From Octopus vulgaris (taxonomy: Eukaryota), in assembly GCA_951406725.2 (NCBI GenBank), contig OX597818.1:39618001-39682000 (forward strand): a stretch of 64,000 nucleotides of DNA. The letters run 5' to 3'. The number at the start of each line of letters is the position of its first letter. Positions within the stretch are counted from its first letter, which is position 1. The translations under genes were made by a program, and so were the position numbers. The notes below the pieces were generated by a model, which saw only the letters and a list, made by a program, of their open reading frames with translations, was not told the origin of the DNA and did no database searches. This document shows, in pieces, positions 1-11,800 of this stretch.

Positions 1-689
1 ATCACACAGCCCACTTCTATTCCCACTCAGTGATACTCCACATAGTGTTCAATATTTGGTGTAAGACTTTCTCTCTTTCCTATCTATTTTTCTGTCCTTC
101 TCCTCTCCACTCTTGTGTGCAAAACTTTCTCCATCTATTTCTATCTGCTGCCTTTCTCGCTTTACTGTCTCCCATTTCTTCCTCTGTCCATCTTTGTCAA
201 CTACCTACTGTCTATCTTTATCCCCTTTTTTCTCTACACACCTTCTTTCCTTGTACTTGCTCTTCCCCAACCTTCTCTACTCCACTCTATCTCTCTTTCT
301 TTGCTTTTTGGTACCAAAAGACCATCCAATTTTTTATCACTTATCTTTTTTCTACTTGACCAGTGCATACTTAAGACATGTATTTTGTTTCATCTCCTGC
401 CTAGCACTCACTTCAGACCCCCAGTTTACCTTTTCACTTTTCATTCTTTTCTTCCCTTCTATCCCATCTTTCTACCCTTCTCCTGAGCCTTCTCATTGTA
501 TCTTTGAAAACACAAGCACCACTATTTTCTTCCTTTTTTGTTAGTTTTCGTCATGTAGTGTCCCACATTTTGAAATACTTGCAATTTTTATTTTTACTGC
601 TTATGTTTTATCCACTTGATATATTTCCAAAATTAAACATTTTAATATGCAAAATATACTTCACATTATTACATATTCTATACGTTAGT

Positions 690-1297
690 GCAAAAAATAT
701 TGTGCTTATTGACTATCTTCAAAATGATCACACCATTAATGGAAAGTTCCATGCCAACTTGTTAGGTAGTTATGAAAGGCTAGCAAAACTAAACACCCAG
801 AAAAACTGACAAATGGTGTCTTGTTTCATTAGGGCAATGCTTCAGCACACAAGTCCGCGTGACTGTCTTTGAACTGGTTGATCACCCTCCCTATGTTAGT
901 GATTTGGTTCCATCAGGTTATCATCTGTTTCCCCAACACAGAAAAACACTCAGCTGGGTACCAGTATCACTGTGATGATGGCGTCTTATCTGCTGTTCAA
1001 AACCATTTTGCTCGGAGTGGTTGGAGTAACCCTGCCAGATCAGATTGGAGTCTGGTGCAGCCATCTGGCTCGCCAGGCCTCAGTCAAATCGTCCAACCCA
1101 TGCTAGCATGGAAAGCAGACGTTAAACGATGAAGAAGAAGAAGAAGAGAATAGCTTCTTCACCAGTGTGATTCAACTGCAACTACTTATGGAAGCGAGTG
1201 GACAGTATGAAGTTCTATGTTATAAAATGAACTTCATTTATTCACATTCCATGAGAGTGTCTTGCTCAGCCAATGAACATTTCACTCAACCCTCATA
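690..1297 (+). mobile_element. Mariner/Tc1 transposase 3' relic, interrupted by a SINE tail (~1010-1147)
   Basis: Decayed IDYLQ..TING and LVDHPPYVSDL..YHLFP motifs (mariner HPPYSPDLAPSDYHLF) with frameshifts and stops. Confidence 0.75.
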
Positions 1298-2870
1298 ATA
1301 ATAAAAATTATTATTATACCGGCATTTGTTTTAATGTTAACATCGAAAAAAATTCACATATTTCATTAAAAAATTTGGACCTGGGTTTTCACTCACGAAG
1401 GAAATTTTGTTGCTAGGTTACTGCTCGTCGAAGAAAAACAATTAGAAAACAAGTCTTTTATTATATGCCTTCTAAAAGAAAAAAGTAAACTAAGGGACAG
1501 CACTCCTGCTTTATTTATACTACTGTTTAAATGATTGAAATGTTGAATAAGACCCTACGAGTCAGATTTACATAATTTCTTGAGTGTTGGTTCGAAAAAA
1601 CAACCTACGAGTTACGTATAGCCTTAACCTTAAAACGAAGAACCACCAAATAGATTAACAGGTTAAGTAAGTATTGTAAATAGCTCGTGTAACTTTTAGT
1701 AATCTAAGTAAGATGCCTATAATTTTGAACTGATTAGACTAAATACTCGTTCTACAACGATAGCCTTTCTCTCATCTACCAGTTCATAATGTCAATTACG
1801 GCGAGAGTTGATCATCACTTCATACCCGTATTTTGAGCTTTTTGAATTTAGCTGTCATCTTTGATAGTAGGAGTACAGTTTATGAGTGATGGGTTACTCT
1901 TAGTCTAATGTGTTCCTCAGATTTTCAAGGATTCAGGCTATGCCAATCTTCTCCAATATATTTTCTAGTTTCATCCCGCACAGCAATAGTTATACGTACA
2001 TTTTAGGAGTCATTCTTACAATTTCAATTACATTTTCCGATGCTTTTATTGCTGGGTTTGCAGGAAGGGGCAGCGTCTATAGCATTTATGTGCTCCCCTA
2101 CCAAGAGATTGATACGATTAAAAATTTTTCTTGGACCTTTGTAAATCAACACCAGCGGGGAAGATGTGTCCAGGGAGGGAATGCTAGAGGGTGAACGTTC
2201 GGGGAAGAAAGGGGGTGAGCATAATGATTAGTGCAGGGGTTGAACACAAGAGTAATGAGAAGCAAGACGAGTGGGTCAGGAATGCTTTGTAAAGAATAAA
2301 AGCTTAAAAAAAAGAGTAAGAATAAAGAAAGAGAAAAAAATCGCAATTGTCAACAAATAGAGATTCTATGATAAATATTACTAACTTACTAACTTACTCT
2401 TGGGGCAAATATTACCTTTAAAAAAATCGTCCGCTAAAAATAAGAAACTAGATTGGATGATTTTATTATTTTTACAAAATGAACATTTATGTTCTTATGG
2501 GACATGTTTTGAGAGAAAGGCATTAATTTGAATAATGAATAATTCAAGTTAATAGTTTCTTATTTAGGCAAAGGCTTGTAGTTTCGATGAGAGGAAATAG
2601 ACGTTTTATTTCAAATATATGAAAACCAGAAAACTAAAGAAAATTTTTTCGAATTATTTCCCTTGACTTTTATAGCTTCCGAACACCTATTGTGTGTGGC
2701 GCTGTTTGTTGCTATCTGTGACGTTCGTGCATTTCATTAGTTAAAAAGGGAAAGAAAAAAAACCGTTCCTTCCTTTTCCTGATTATCCTGTATAGTACTC
2801 GGACGTACTCCATTCCTGACGTTAAGGAATCTCTCTGGTAATCGTGTATTTATAGAGAGCAAGGAGCAAA

Positions 2871-2885
2871 ATGAATACTAGTAAA
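2871..2885 (+). CDS. nucleolin-like exon 1 (MNTSK)
   Basis: CAAAATG start context then GTAAGT donor; phase 0 matches exon 2; very short, so less certain. Confidence 0.6.
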
Positions 2886-5800
2886 GTAAGTTTGTACATA
2901 TTATTCCTTACAATCCTACAATACTTTTTCCTGGAAAAATCTTAAATTTCCAGTGGGTTTTTTTTAAATAATAATCTTCTGTTATTTCATCCACGTGCTT
3001 CCTTGTACTTGAGTACTCACAGCTTCTTCGTTCAACTAAATTTCTCTGAAACTCAAGCTGGATTTTGCTTTTGTGAAAATCAGTTTTCAAATTAGTGAAT
3101 CTATTTTGATTTTCTGCATCTTTATCATCAAAAAAAAAAAAAAAATAGATGGAATTACTTCTTTTATACCTATTGAATTGTGATGACGCGATCCTTTTGC
3201 TGATGTGTTTGAGAACGCAACACGTGCTTGCGAATTTTACCGTTGCGAATGTTGCCGTTGTTAAGCATTACCTAAACCTTGTTTAAATAACAGTCGATCT
3301 CTAAAGTGAAAATTTAAATTGATTTATTTATAAATGATGGTTATTGTTTTAAATATCAAATATTTTGCTGTTTAGCATGTAATTAATTAGCATTACACTT
3401 TGCCGTTGCGAATGTTGCTTTACCTAACCTTGTTTAAATAACAGTCGATCTCTTAAGTGAAAATTTAAATTGATTTATTTATAAATGATGGTTATTATTT
3501 TAAATATCAAATATTTTGCTGTTTAGCATGTAATTAATTATTAGCATTACATTTTTGTTGTAGTTTTAATAATTGTAAATCTCGTTAGGGTGACTGTTCT
3601 GTTTCTCTATGAATGTAACTAGATAAATCTATTAGTAGTTAAATTATTATTATTAACACATCTCTGCTGTTAATATGGCAGCCATTTATTTAAACTGATG
3701 TTAAAACCTAGAACCAAACCGCCGATCAATTTTGCACGTTTGTCGTTCTTGAAGGTTCCCGAGCTGACTTCATGATCTGGAATATGTAACATCGTTCACA
3801 CGTGTAGAATGAGTAGTCCGTGATGGTGAAATCGGTGATCTAGATAAGTCTCAGGCGAAAGAAGGCTGACCTACTGTGGAGAAAACTAATTTATGATATT
3901 GAATAAATATTATTTTAGTGGGTCGAATTTTTTACTATAAAACGAACGAAATCCATACGCAAATTTACATCCACGATTTTTCAGCGAACACGTGGACCTC
4001 ATGTACACGAGGGAACATGTTACGTATTGACATAGAATTTTTTTTTTAGTGAGATCATACATAAAGTTTTGTTCATTTAAATTCTTATACATTAAAATAA
4101 AATCTTTTTTAATTTTAGGCATTAATTGTAACTATTTTTTCTGTAGTATTAATTTAGCAGCTGGTGAAGTTTCTTTTTCATGGCGACATATCGGGGTCAA
4201 TTTGTTATTTCGTGATGGTCTTTTTTTTTTTGTCGCTTTGCTATTGGCTTCATATCTGTCTATCTTGGGTGGGAATATGATTTTTCGATGTGGCAAGATA
4301 AAAAAAAATTAAGCCACTGCTCATTTATTCAGAGTAGCTTAGGTTTTATGTAAATAAAATAGACTTAATTGTTAACTATTAAAGAGTTTGGCTTGCAAAT
4401 AAACGGCGTAAATTGCACAGACGTAACGCTTCGACCAATTTATGTAACTATATATATTTTTTTGTAATCTACAAAATACTGATGGAAATTTCTAAATGAG
4501 CAATTTCGAAAATTAAAGAATGGAAGAAATATATCCTTTACATTTTATCTCTTTGAAAAGCATCGAGAAACAAGTGTATTCATATTAATCTATTAACGAC
4601 ATCGTTTTTGTTAACGGGTGAAGATCTTTTACTCTCAAAAGTGTAAACAAGATTATATTTAGCACAACTACAGTAACATTAACTGAAGGTTGCCTTTTGC
4701 TCATTAGTCATAATACATCGTGATTATAAATGAATATTCAGTCTCAAGTATTGCTGTTATAATATTGGTCCCATCGATTTTCTTCAAAATGATCAGATTC
4801 TTCAAATATGTGTAGGGACTAAACTGATTGTATAACCGAAGACAATTACATCGTTAAAAAAAAAGGACGTTTACTAAAACCAAATTCCATCAAGGATAAC
4901 ATCTGTGTAATCAATCACTTTCTTTAGTGTTATTTGAATCCGGACTTTGTCCCCACAATTTATTTAGGGATATATTCATTATCTTACTTTCACTCATCGG
5001 ACTACACCTTTCGCACCTCTCCTTGAAAAATGCATTTCTTTTTTTGAAATACATTTCCCGGGTGTTTTAGATATCGGAAATAACGAATATGTAAAGAAAA
5101 AAAAACAAGTTTCAATTTCACCCCTTTCTCCTCCCCCCATTTAAATCTTTTAAGGGTGTGTGGGAGGGGAGTTGGGTTAAAAAAAATTTGGCGATCTTAC
5201 GGTTCTAGTACCGTTTACGTCAGCTGACCACGTGTATTTGTTTATATATGATCGTCGATTTCCGTAAAAAAAACTTTTACATATGGGGTTGGTTGGAAAT
5301 GGGGTCTTTTAAAGTTATGAAAGCGAAAGAGACTAGAGAGAGCAATTGTATGAGGAGGGAAGTTCTTTTGAAGTTACCGTGCATGGGAAGCGTTGATGTA
5401 CGTGTGTGTGTGTGTGTGTGCGAGACAGAAAGTATGGTGTGTAAGTGAAGTTCTTTTGTTAGTGTGTGTGAAGAGACTGGTTGTTGCTGTGTGTGTATTC
5501 AACTCACTTTTTGTAGTGTGTGTGTATATGTACATCAATGCTTCCCATGCACGGTAACTTCAAAAGAATTTCTCTCATACAATCGCTCTCTCAGTCTCTT
5601 TCGCTTTCATTACTTCAAAAGACCCCATTTGTAAAAAAATTAGGTTTTTACGGAAATCGACGATCATATATAAACAAATACACGTGGTCAGTTGACGTAA
5701 ACGGTACTAGAACCGTAACATCGCCCCCATAGTTAAATTTGAAGCCCTATATGCATCCACATAAATATGGATAAACACTAGAGGTAAAATGTTAAACTCA

Positions 5801-8800
5801 CTTCAATTTAGTTGGTTAAGTGGCAGAACTTAAAATATACGACGGGCTTCTTTCAGTTTCCGTCTACCAAATCCACACACGACTTTGGTCGGCCCGAGGC
5901 TATTAGTAGAAGACACTTGCCCAAGGTGCCACGCAGTGGGACTGAACCCGGAAACAAGCTACTTACCACACAGCCACTCCTGTTTACGAGACAAGTTGAA
6001 AAAGTAAATTTATAAGAGAAAGAAGCCTGGAGTTAATTCTAGAGCATTATTTCAAATCTTCCTCCAAGCATTCAACATACTAGTGAACCAGCATTCAACA
6101 TACTAGTGAACCTGTGCCTTTATCCTAAGTATTGGTACCTTATTTGACCTTGATGGTCATATATCTCTTGCTTCTACATCTTTGAAAGTAGCCCTAAATG
6201 TTCATCACTTTAAGTTTTGTCACTTTACCAACTAAATATATATATGTGTGTCTGTGTTTGTCCCCCTAGCATTGCTTGACAACCGATGCTGGTGCGTTTG
6301 TGTCCCCGTTACTTAGCGGTTCGGCAAAAGAGTCCGATAGAATAAGTACTGGGCTTACCAAACACGGGGTCGAGTTGCTTGATTAAAGGCGGTGCTCCAG
6401 CATGGCCGCAGTCAAATGACTGAAACAGGTAAAAGAGTATTAGCATTGCGGTTCTCAAATATTTGCAGTGAGTAAAAAAAAAAATGGCGATCATTCGGTA
6501 AACCCATGTGGGTTTGTTTACATTTCTGAAGAAATAAAATGATACCCCTCCTCCTAGCCCTAACCCTACATATATAAAACAAATAACAATTTTACGGAAA
6601 GTAACGATCATCAAATGTAAACAAATACGTGATGTAAACGGGACTCATCGAAAGAATGCCAAAAAATTATAGAAAATGTCTTAACCACCTGTTTGGTATG
6701 TCTAATACTTGATTACAACCCACTCCTATTCTCCACTCAATCTTAAGATTTTCGAAGAATATTCAGGCATGTTCTTTCACCAATAAAACAGTTCAGGGGC
6801 ATCATTTGTTTTGGCAGATACTTTCTTTTTTGGGTTTAACAGGTTTGGTCCTTGGCAGTTTTTGCGCGACAAATACTTCATTCGCATGTCCTTATTGGGA
6901 GTTTGTATTTTTAAACACATTTGCTGTATAAAAATAATTTATTTACTTTGTTTGGAAAATGTTAATTTGTGTAAAAAAATTATATACATTGTTTTAAAAA
7001 ATTAAACTAAGCAAATAAATTATTTTTATAAATAAAGGTTAGGGTTAGGGCTAAAAGTCGTAGGATCGACTACTTATGACTAGCTTGCGCGAGTGCGCGC
7101 AAACTTGTCCAACCTATGCAAGCATGGAAAAGTGGACACTAAAACGATGACACTGGACAATTTCCAAAGAAATTGCTTTTCTCTTTTTTCCATTAGAAGC
7201 ATTAGAACTAATTAACAAATCAACAATAAACAGATGAGACATGCTATGCTATGCTATCCTGGCAGCATGTTGGAATTATCACTGCCACTTATTCACATCT
7301 ATTGCAAAAATATTAAAATGTCTGGAGAAAACAAAATTCAGCACATTTTGAAATGCTCATATTTGGATAAGAACTGATTGTCTTCACATATTTTTTCTTT
7401 TTTATTTTGTTCATTTTGAGATTGCAATTGAAGATATTTAACAGAAGTTGTTTCTTTTATTAGGTGGCCAATACTCCAAAGCGCAAAACACCTAATTCAG
7501 CAAAAAAGAAAGGGGTAAGCAGTTTTAACATCTATTTGACCAATTATGTTTTTTTTTTCTAAATTCTTTGTGTGTGACAACAGTGCTATAGAAGTTGCTT
7601 TGCAAGACGTGAGAGCCTTACAGTGTGATGGGTGCTAATTGAGGTACCAGTAATATGTGAAAAATAGTGGAAGATGAAACCTTATCAAAGATATATAAGA
7701 TAGCACGAATTTTGTGCAACTATTGTAATAAAGGATGTAAAGTGACATTTGTGTTCTGTGTATGTGCATTGTATCAGTATCTAAGACTCCAAAGTTGAGG
7801 TTTTCTCAAGGACCATTGTTTTACAACCCTCATAACTGATAGCTTTATGATTGGCTGGTACAATAACCTGAGCACAGTTAATGCTGCATCAGAACCCAAA
7901 CATTTGCATTTTGGCTTCATGCTTTGAGAGTAAGCAATCAATCTGTTATCACCAGTGTTGCTCACAATAAGCTTTTTGAAACTTTCTTTTTTGGGTTTAA
8001 TTCGGTTTGTAAGCTTGGCAGTTTTTGCTTCGACAAATACTTCATTCGCATGTCCTTATTGGGAGTTTGTATTTTTAAACACATTTGCTGCTGCAAAAGT
8101 CAGTGTTTCTGTTTTTTCTTTGCAGAGTGCTGTAAAAGCACAAGTTGATACACCCCGGCCAGTTCTGTCTGCTAAGAAATCTTTGTATAAGATAAAGATT
8201 GATAGGAGAAAATCTTAAAAATACTCATTTTAAGATATGTATTAGTGTGTGTTTTTTGTATTTTTATATGACTCCACAAAATCAAAACAATTCAATTCAG
8301 CTGTTTCCGTTGACTGTTGTCAACTGTCAGTTGACAAAATGGGAGGGGGTGATAAAAGCTAATGGGTTGTACATGTGTGCGTACTTGTTCTTGTCTGTGC
8401 CTGTTTTGTATTTGTGCTGTGGAATATAGATATAATGAAATTATGCCAGCAATGTCTGCATATTTGTTCTTACTTGCATAATCCTTGCATGCCTCTCTCA
8501 CCTACCCTACTGTGTTATTCTAAAAATAAACAACCACATCATCGAAATCTAAAAGCTACAAGATAATGTATGATGAATTTCACAGGACACATGTACAACC
8601 CATTAGCTTTCTTCTCCCATGTTTTGGTTTTGTTGTGTCATATTGAAAGAATGCCTTTTTTTTTTTTCACTATTCTATTTACTATATTAGTGGGGTGGTA
8701 TCTCTAAGATAGAATCTTCAAGTAATTTATTGATAAATAGCACACATACATGTATAATACATGCATAAATGGGCTTTGGTTGGTTCAGGGCTATAGTAGA

Positions 8801-11800
8801 CGCTTACCCAAGGTGCTAAACAGTGGGACTGAACTTGTAACGTTGTTGTCGGTAAGCAAACTTCTCGTATTCAAAACTGGTTGCACTTTAAAGACGTGCT
8901 TAGAAGATATATCTCAGCAGACCTCTGGCTCTGTAGTATAAATGTCTTGTTTTAAAAAGTTTTAAAGTCTCAATTTAAACAAGGAGCATTTCAATAGGAA
9001 TACAAATAGCTTGATTAGGCTGTGTTGAGTATTCGTGAAATAATGGTCTCACTGTTGGGAAAATACACAATGTAATATTTCAATTAATTCTAAAATTATT
9101 TAGAAAGCAGAATGTGGCTCTTGGAGGATAAATTTATCTCTAAACATAGGACAGGTCGAGAATATACTTGTTTGTTACTAGACCATAACAAAGCTGAAGA
9201 ATAGGATATAAGCATGGTGAGTTGCCATTTGGCAGAATATGTTCATTTTACCTGCATATCCAGCTGCTCGATGTCTGGTTTGTTTTCTCCCACCCTTCAT
9301 ATTGAACAAAAGCTACAAGAGCATAATATCATGTCTTGTGTATTATTTTTGGAAGACTCCATTTTCAGAACCTATTGTATGTGCTACTTTTGGCAAGTTT
9401 CCTCACTCTTAAAGTCTTTATTTATGTTATCAGTAATTTGATCACCTGGCTATCATTGATCATTAGTTGAAATATCTGGTCTTCCATTTAGATTTGCATC
9501 AAAAATCTTTGTATAAGATAAAGATTGATAGGAGAAAATTTAAAAATACTCATTTTAAGATATGTATTAGTGTGTGTGTTTATTTTCTTTATGCTGTCGG
9601 ATGCTAAAATATGACAATGTTATTGAATAATAATACTTGGATCTTTTGAATTTTAGCCAAAGTCCAAAAATGTGACTACAAAGACACCACCCAAGTCAAA
9701 TAAAAAGAAACCTGTTGCAAAAAAAGATGAGGTAAGGGCTTCAGTATATATATATAAATATATATATATGTTTTTGTTTTGGTATTTGTTAAAATCCTAC
9801 AAAAAGAAATCACAAAGGCTTAATGTTTTAGCATCCAAACCAGCCAAAATATTCTGTTTTATGCTCAATCAAACTAGATGAGGCCTCTCTCACCTACCCT
9901 ACTGTGTTATTCTAAAAATAAACAACCACATCATCGAAATCTAAAAGCTACAAGATAATGTATGATGAATTTCACAGGAATCTGAATGCTGAAGGGTTGA
10001 TTACTTTCTTTTATGGTTTAGAAACATGGACTGCTATTTGGATTCATCTTGTCAAAGCTTTTATCAATTTGTCTGCTTTGAATTGGACTGCACAATTATT
10101 GATATGATGAAAACCGTTTTCCTTGCAATCCTCCCAGATTATCCAGTGGTTGAAATACTTGGCCTTTAACCCTTTCGTTACCAAACCACCCGAAAAAAAT
10201 TTTGGTTAATGTGACCAAACCGCCCGAATTTACCTATTCATATTTAAATGAGAATATCAGAGTAAATCTCTTTAGTACATTCGTGAAAACACGTATTATA
10301 CTTCGTAAACACTTCAAATACAGTTTTGTACAAAAATCGAAGTGTAATTTTAATTCCGTGAATTATGGGAGATTTTTTTCCGAAATTTGTTCCTATTGTG
10401 TTTTCAAAATTTGTAATTCTGACAAAAAATGGATATGAATTTCATTATATCAAGCAGCGAGTCAGAATTCGAAGGATTTTCTACTGAAGACCTTCATAAA
10501 TCTAACTCTATGACTGGAAAAAAAAACGCATGTGGTATTTGATAATGAATCTGATGTTTCATTTTCCGAAAGTGAAAACAGTGAATCTGAGAGCTCCAAC
10601 AGCGATAAAGAAAATGAATTGGCACCTGAATGGAGTGAAAATTTAAAAACTGTTTCTTTCGGTGATTTTTCTGAAGAAACTGGACCAAGCCACAGACTTT
10701 CCCAGAAGAGTAAAGCCTTAAACTATTTCTTTTTACTTTTTCGAATGAGCCTATTTGAAATCATTACGGTGGAAACGAACCGTTACGCTAAACGTAAACA
10801 AAGCGAAAGAAAGGATAGTTTGTTATTTCCGACAACCTTAAATGAAATTAAGGCCTATTTTGCCATAAATATTATTATGGGTATCAGAAAGTTACCCAGA
10901 ATAACAAATTCTATCGTAAAATTTTGTTGTATACCCAATTAAATTATTAGCTAATAACCCATTTTCTATAGCGATGTTTGAACAAAATTTTAATAATTTT
11001 ATATTATGTTGAATTTACCTGTATCTACCTGCAATTAGAGTCACTTTGTGACAAAAATTATAGTATAGAATTGGTTGAGAACATTTCATTAAATTATCTT
11101 CCAAAATTCATGTTAATATATTGATAAATAAAAAAAGTTATAGTTGTTTAATGAAACCAGACTAAATTTATGATTACGTTAGAAATTAATTGAAACACAT
11201 AAATATAGTATGGTCAGAAATATAGTAACGAAGGGGTTAATCTCTGCTACTTTTGTTTACTTGTGCATGTACACTCTTGGTACAGAGTGGTCCCGGTGCG
11301 CAATTCACACATCCACGCTATCTGTCACTAATCGATCCTTTGTGTTTTTGTTTTATTTACTTTGTTTAAAAAAAATTAATTACTTTGTGTAAAAAAAATT
11401 GTTTTATTTACTTTGCAAGGTAGTCGTAGGATCGTCTAGTCATGACTAGCTAGTGCGACTGTGCGCACCAGGACTACTCTTAATTAGTACCTACACTCTT
11501 TGTCTATTATAAAATTCATGGATACATTTTCTATGATGGTAAGATTAAACTTTGGTTACAAAGTTAGCTTGCCAGCATTACTAGCATTACAGGGAGTATA
11601 AATAGAGTTGTATAATTGTCATGAAGTGTATTTTCTGATAGACTAATTATTTCTACAGGAAGAAGATGATGATGAAGAGGAGGAGGAGGATGAAGAGATG
11701 GATGTTGATCACATAAAGGAACTTGTCATGGCATCAGATGACGACGACGATGAGGATGATGATGACGATGATGAGGAGGACGATGAGGATGATGATGACG

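Noticed and set aside
30-544. Three overlapping ORFs
   Set aside because: Pyrimidine-rich low-complexity sequence lacking stops; peptides are not protein-like.
7037-7051. Telomeric TTAGGG repeats
   Set aside because: Only about two units, inside a dispersed repeat.
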